Source: Atractiella rhizophila (lineage: Eukaryota). From it: a stretch of 64,000 nucleotides of DNA. The stretch lies in assembly GCA_021432655.1 (NCBI GenBank), contig MU271199.1, forward strand, positions 62,001-126,000, in the 5' to 3' direction. This document shows, one piece after another, positions 63,331 to 64,000 of this stretch. Both the position numbers and the translations under genes were made by a program. Positions within the stretch are counted from its first letter, which is position 1. Each line of letters starts with the position of its first letter. Below the pieces are notes generated by a model. The model did no database searches and had not been told where the DNA came from. It saw only the letters and a list, made by a program, of their open reading frames with translations.

Positions 63331-64000
63331 TACTCCAACATGAGGTGCTCACAAAACCTTCCTTAATTGACACTAAATATCAGCGCCAGAAGAATCGCGT
63401 CAGTGTTTGTTATGAAATAATCTAGAGATGACCTTAGTCGTTATTTTATTGCCTGACTGATTTACTACTGTTTGGACCCTGAGAGCACAAGCCCCGTCGC
63501 GTGAAAGTTTGAGTGCATAGATCTCCAAATCGCAGCCATGTCGTGTTCATTCCACTCACTTCCAGAACGCGATAAGATAGAGGTCTCTCTCTCAGGGTCA
63601 TGTCCAATGCGATGTTCCACAGCCACAGATGAGAAACGTTGCAAACAAGTTGTTCTCTCTTTTAGATGTAGATTTGAGTTGAGCAAAGGAGTGAAAAGGG
63701 ATGAGAGCCCAGGTATTGTTGGTTTGTAACCCGAGATCTCTTGTGCTCCTCAAAGCACGATGAAAAATTATCACAAATATTTTGACCAGATTAATCAATT
63801 GAGTCGTTCACATCAAGGTATCAGACAAGAAAAGGTGCAACATTAGTATCGATCCCTCTCATGAAGGGTGCTTCTACGCCTTTCTTCTCACCATCCTCCT
63901 TCTCTAACCTTTTATCGCCCCTCGTTCTTCTTTTTCGGTCCTTCCGAACCGAGGGTTGATGCTGGACAATCTGTGGAATGATTGTTTCCACTCTCTCCGC
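63331..64000 (-). repeat. Diverged second copy of 59663-60341 (3' end of a paralogous hypothetical gene), running off the window
   Basis: The MLNSNLHLKERTT...GSKQ ORF and 3' flank are shared, with SNPs and indels. Confidence 0.85.

Overview
Gene-dense, intron-rich eukaryotic DNA. It is fungal and most likely a basidiomycete, inferred from short ~45-60 nt introns, degenerate GTNNGT donors and the gene content. Reading through the introns gives about 27 genes. Recognisable ones are QNG1-type queuosine salvage glycosylase, a UDP-galactose transporter, SmG, a stand-alone SRA/YDG protein, a Swt1-like PIN nuclease, two NADP-dependent alkenal reductases, STE14, Yippee, RPN11, RPL29 (missed by the ORF track), PKR1, RIB5, VPS52, BSD2, an intein-free PRP8 and RPL16; several others are hypothetical. 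The strongest signal is splicing-related. At least 7 distinct introns, out of roughly 100 traced by eye, can only be spliced with a GC donor; most of these donors are non-consensus (GCTCGT, GCACGT, GCATGG, GCATGA, GCATGT), and three lie in the SRA gene. AAG acceptors are also frequent. Five adjacent near-identical duplications each have an 'a' or a poly-A run at the junction and look like haplotype-overlap or gap artefacts of the assembly rather than biology. No tRNA, rRNA, CRISPR or intact transposon was recognised. All exon models are manual and unverified.
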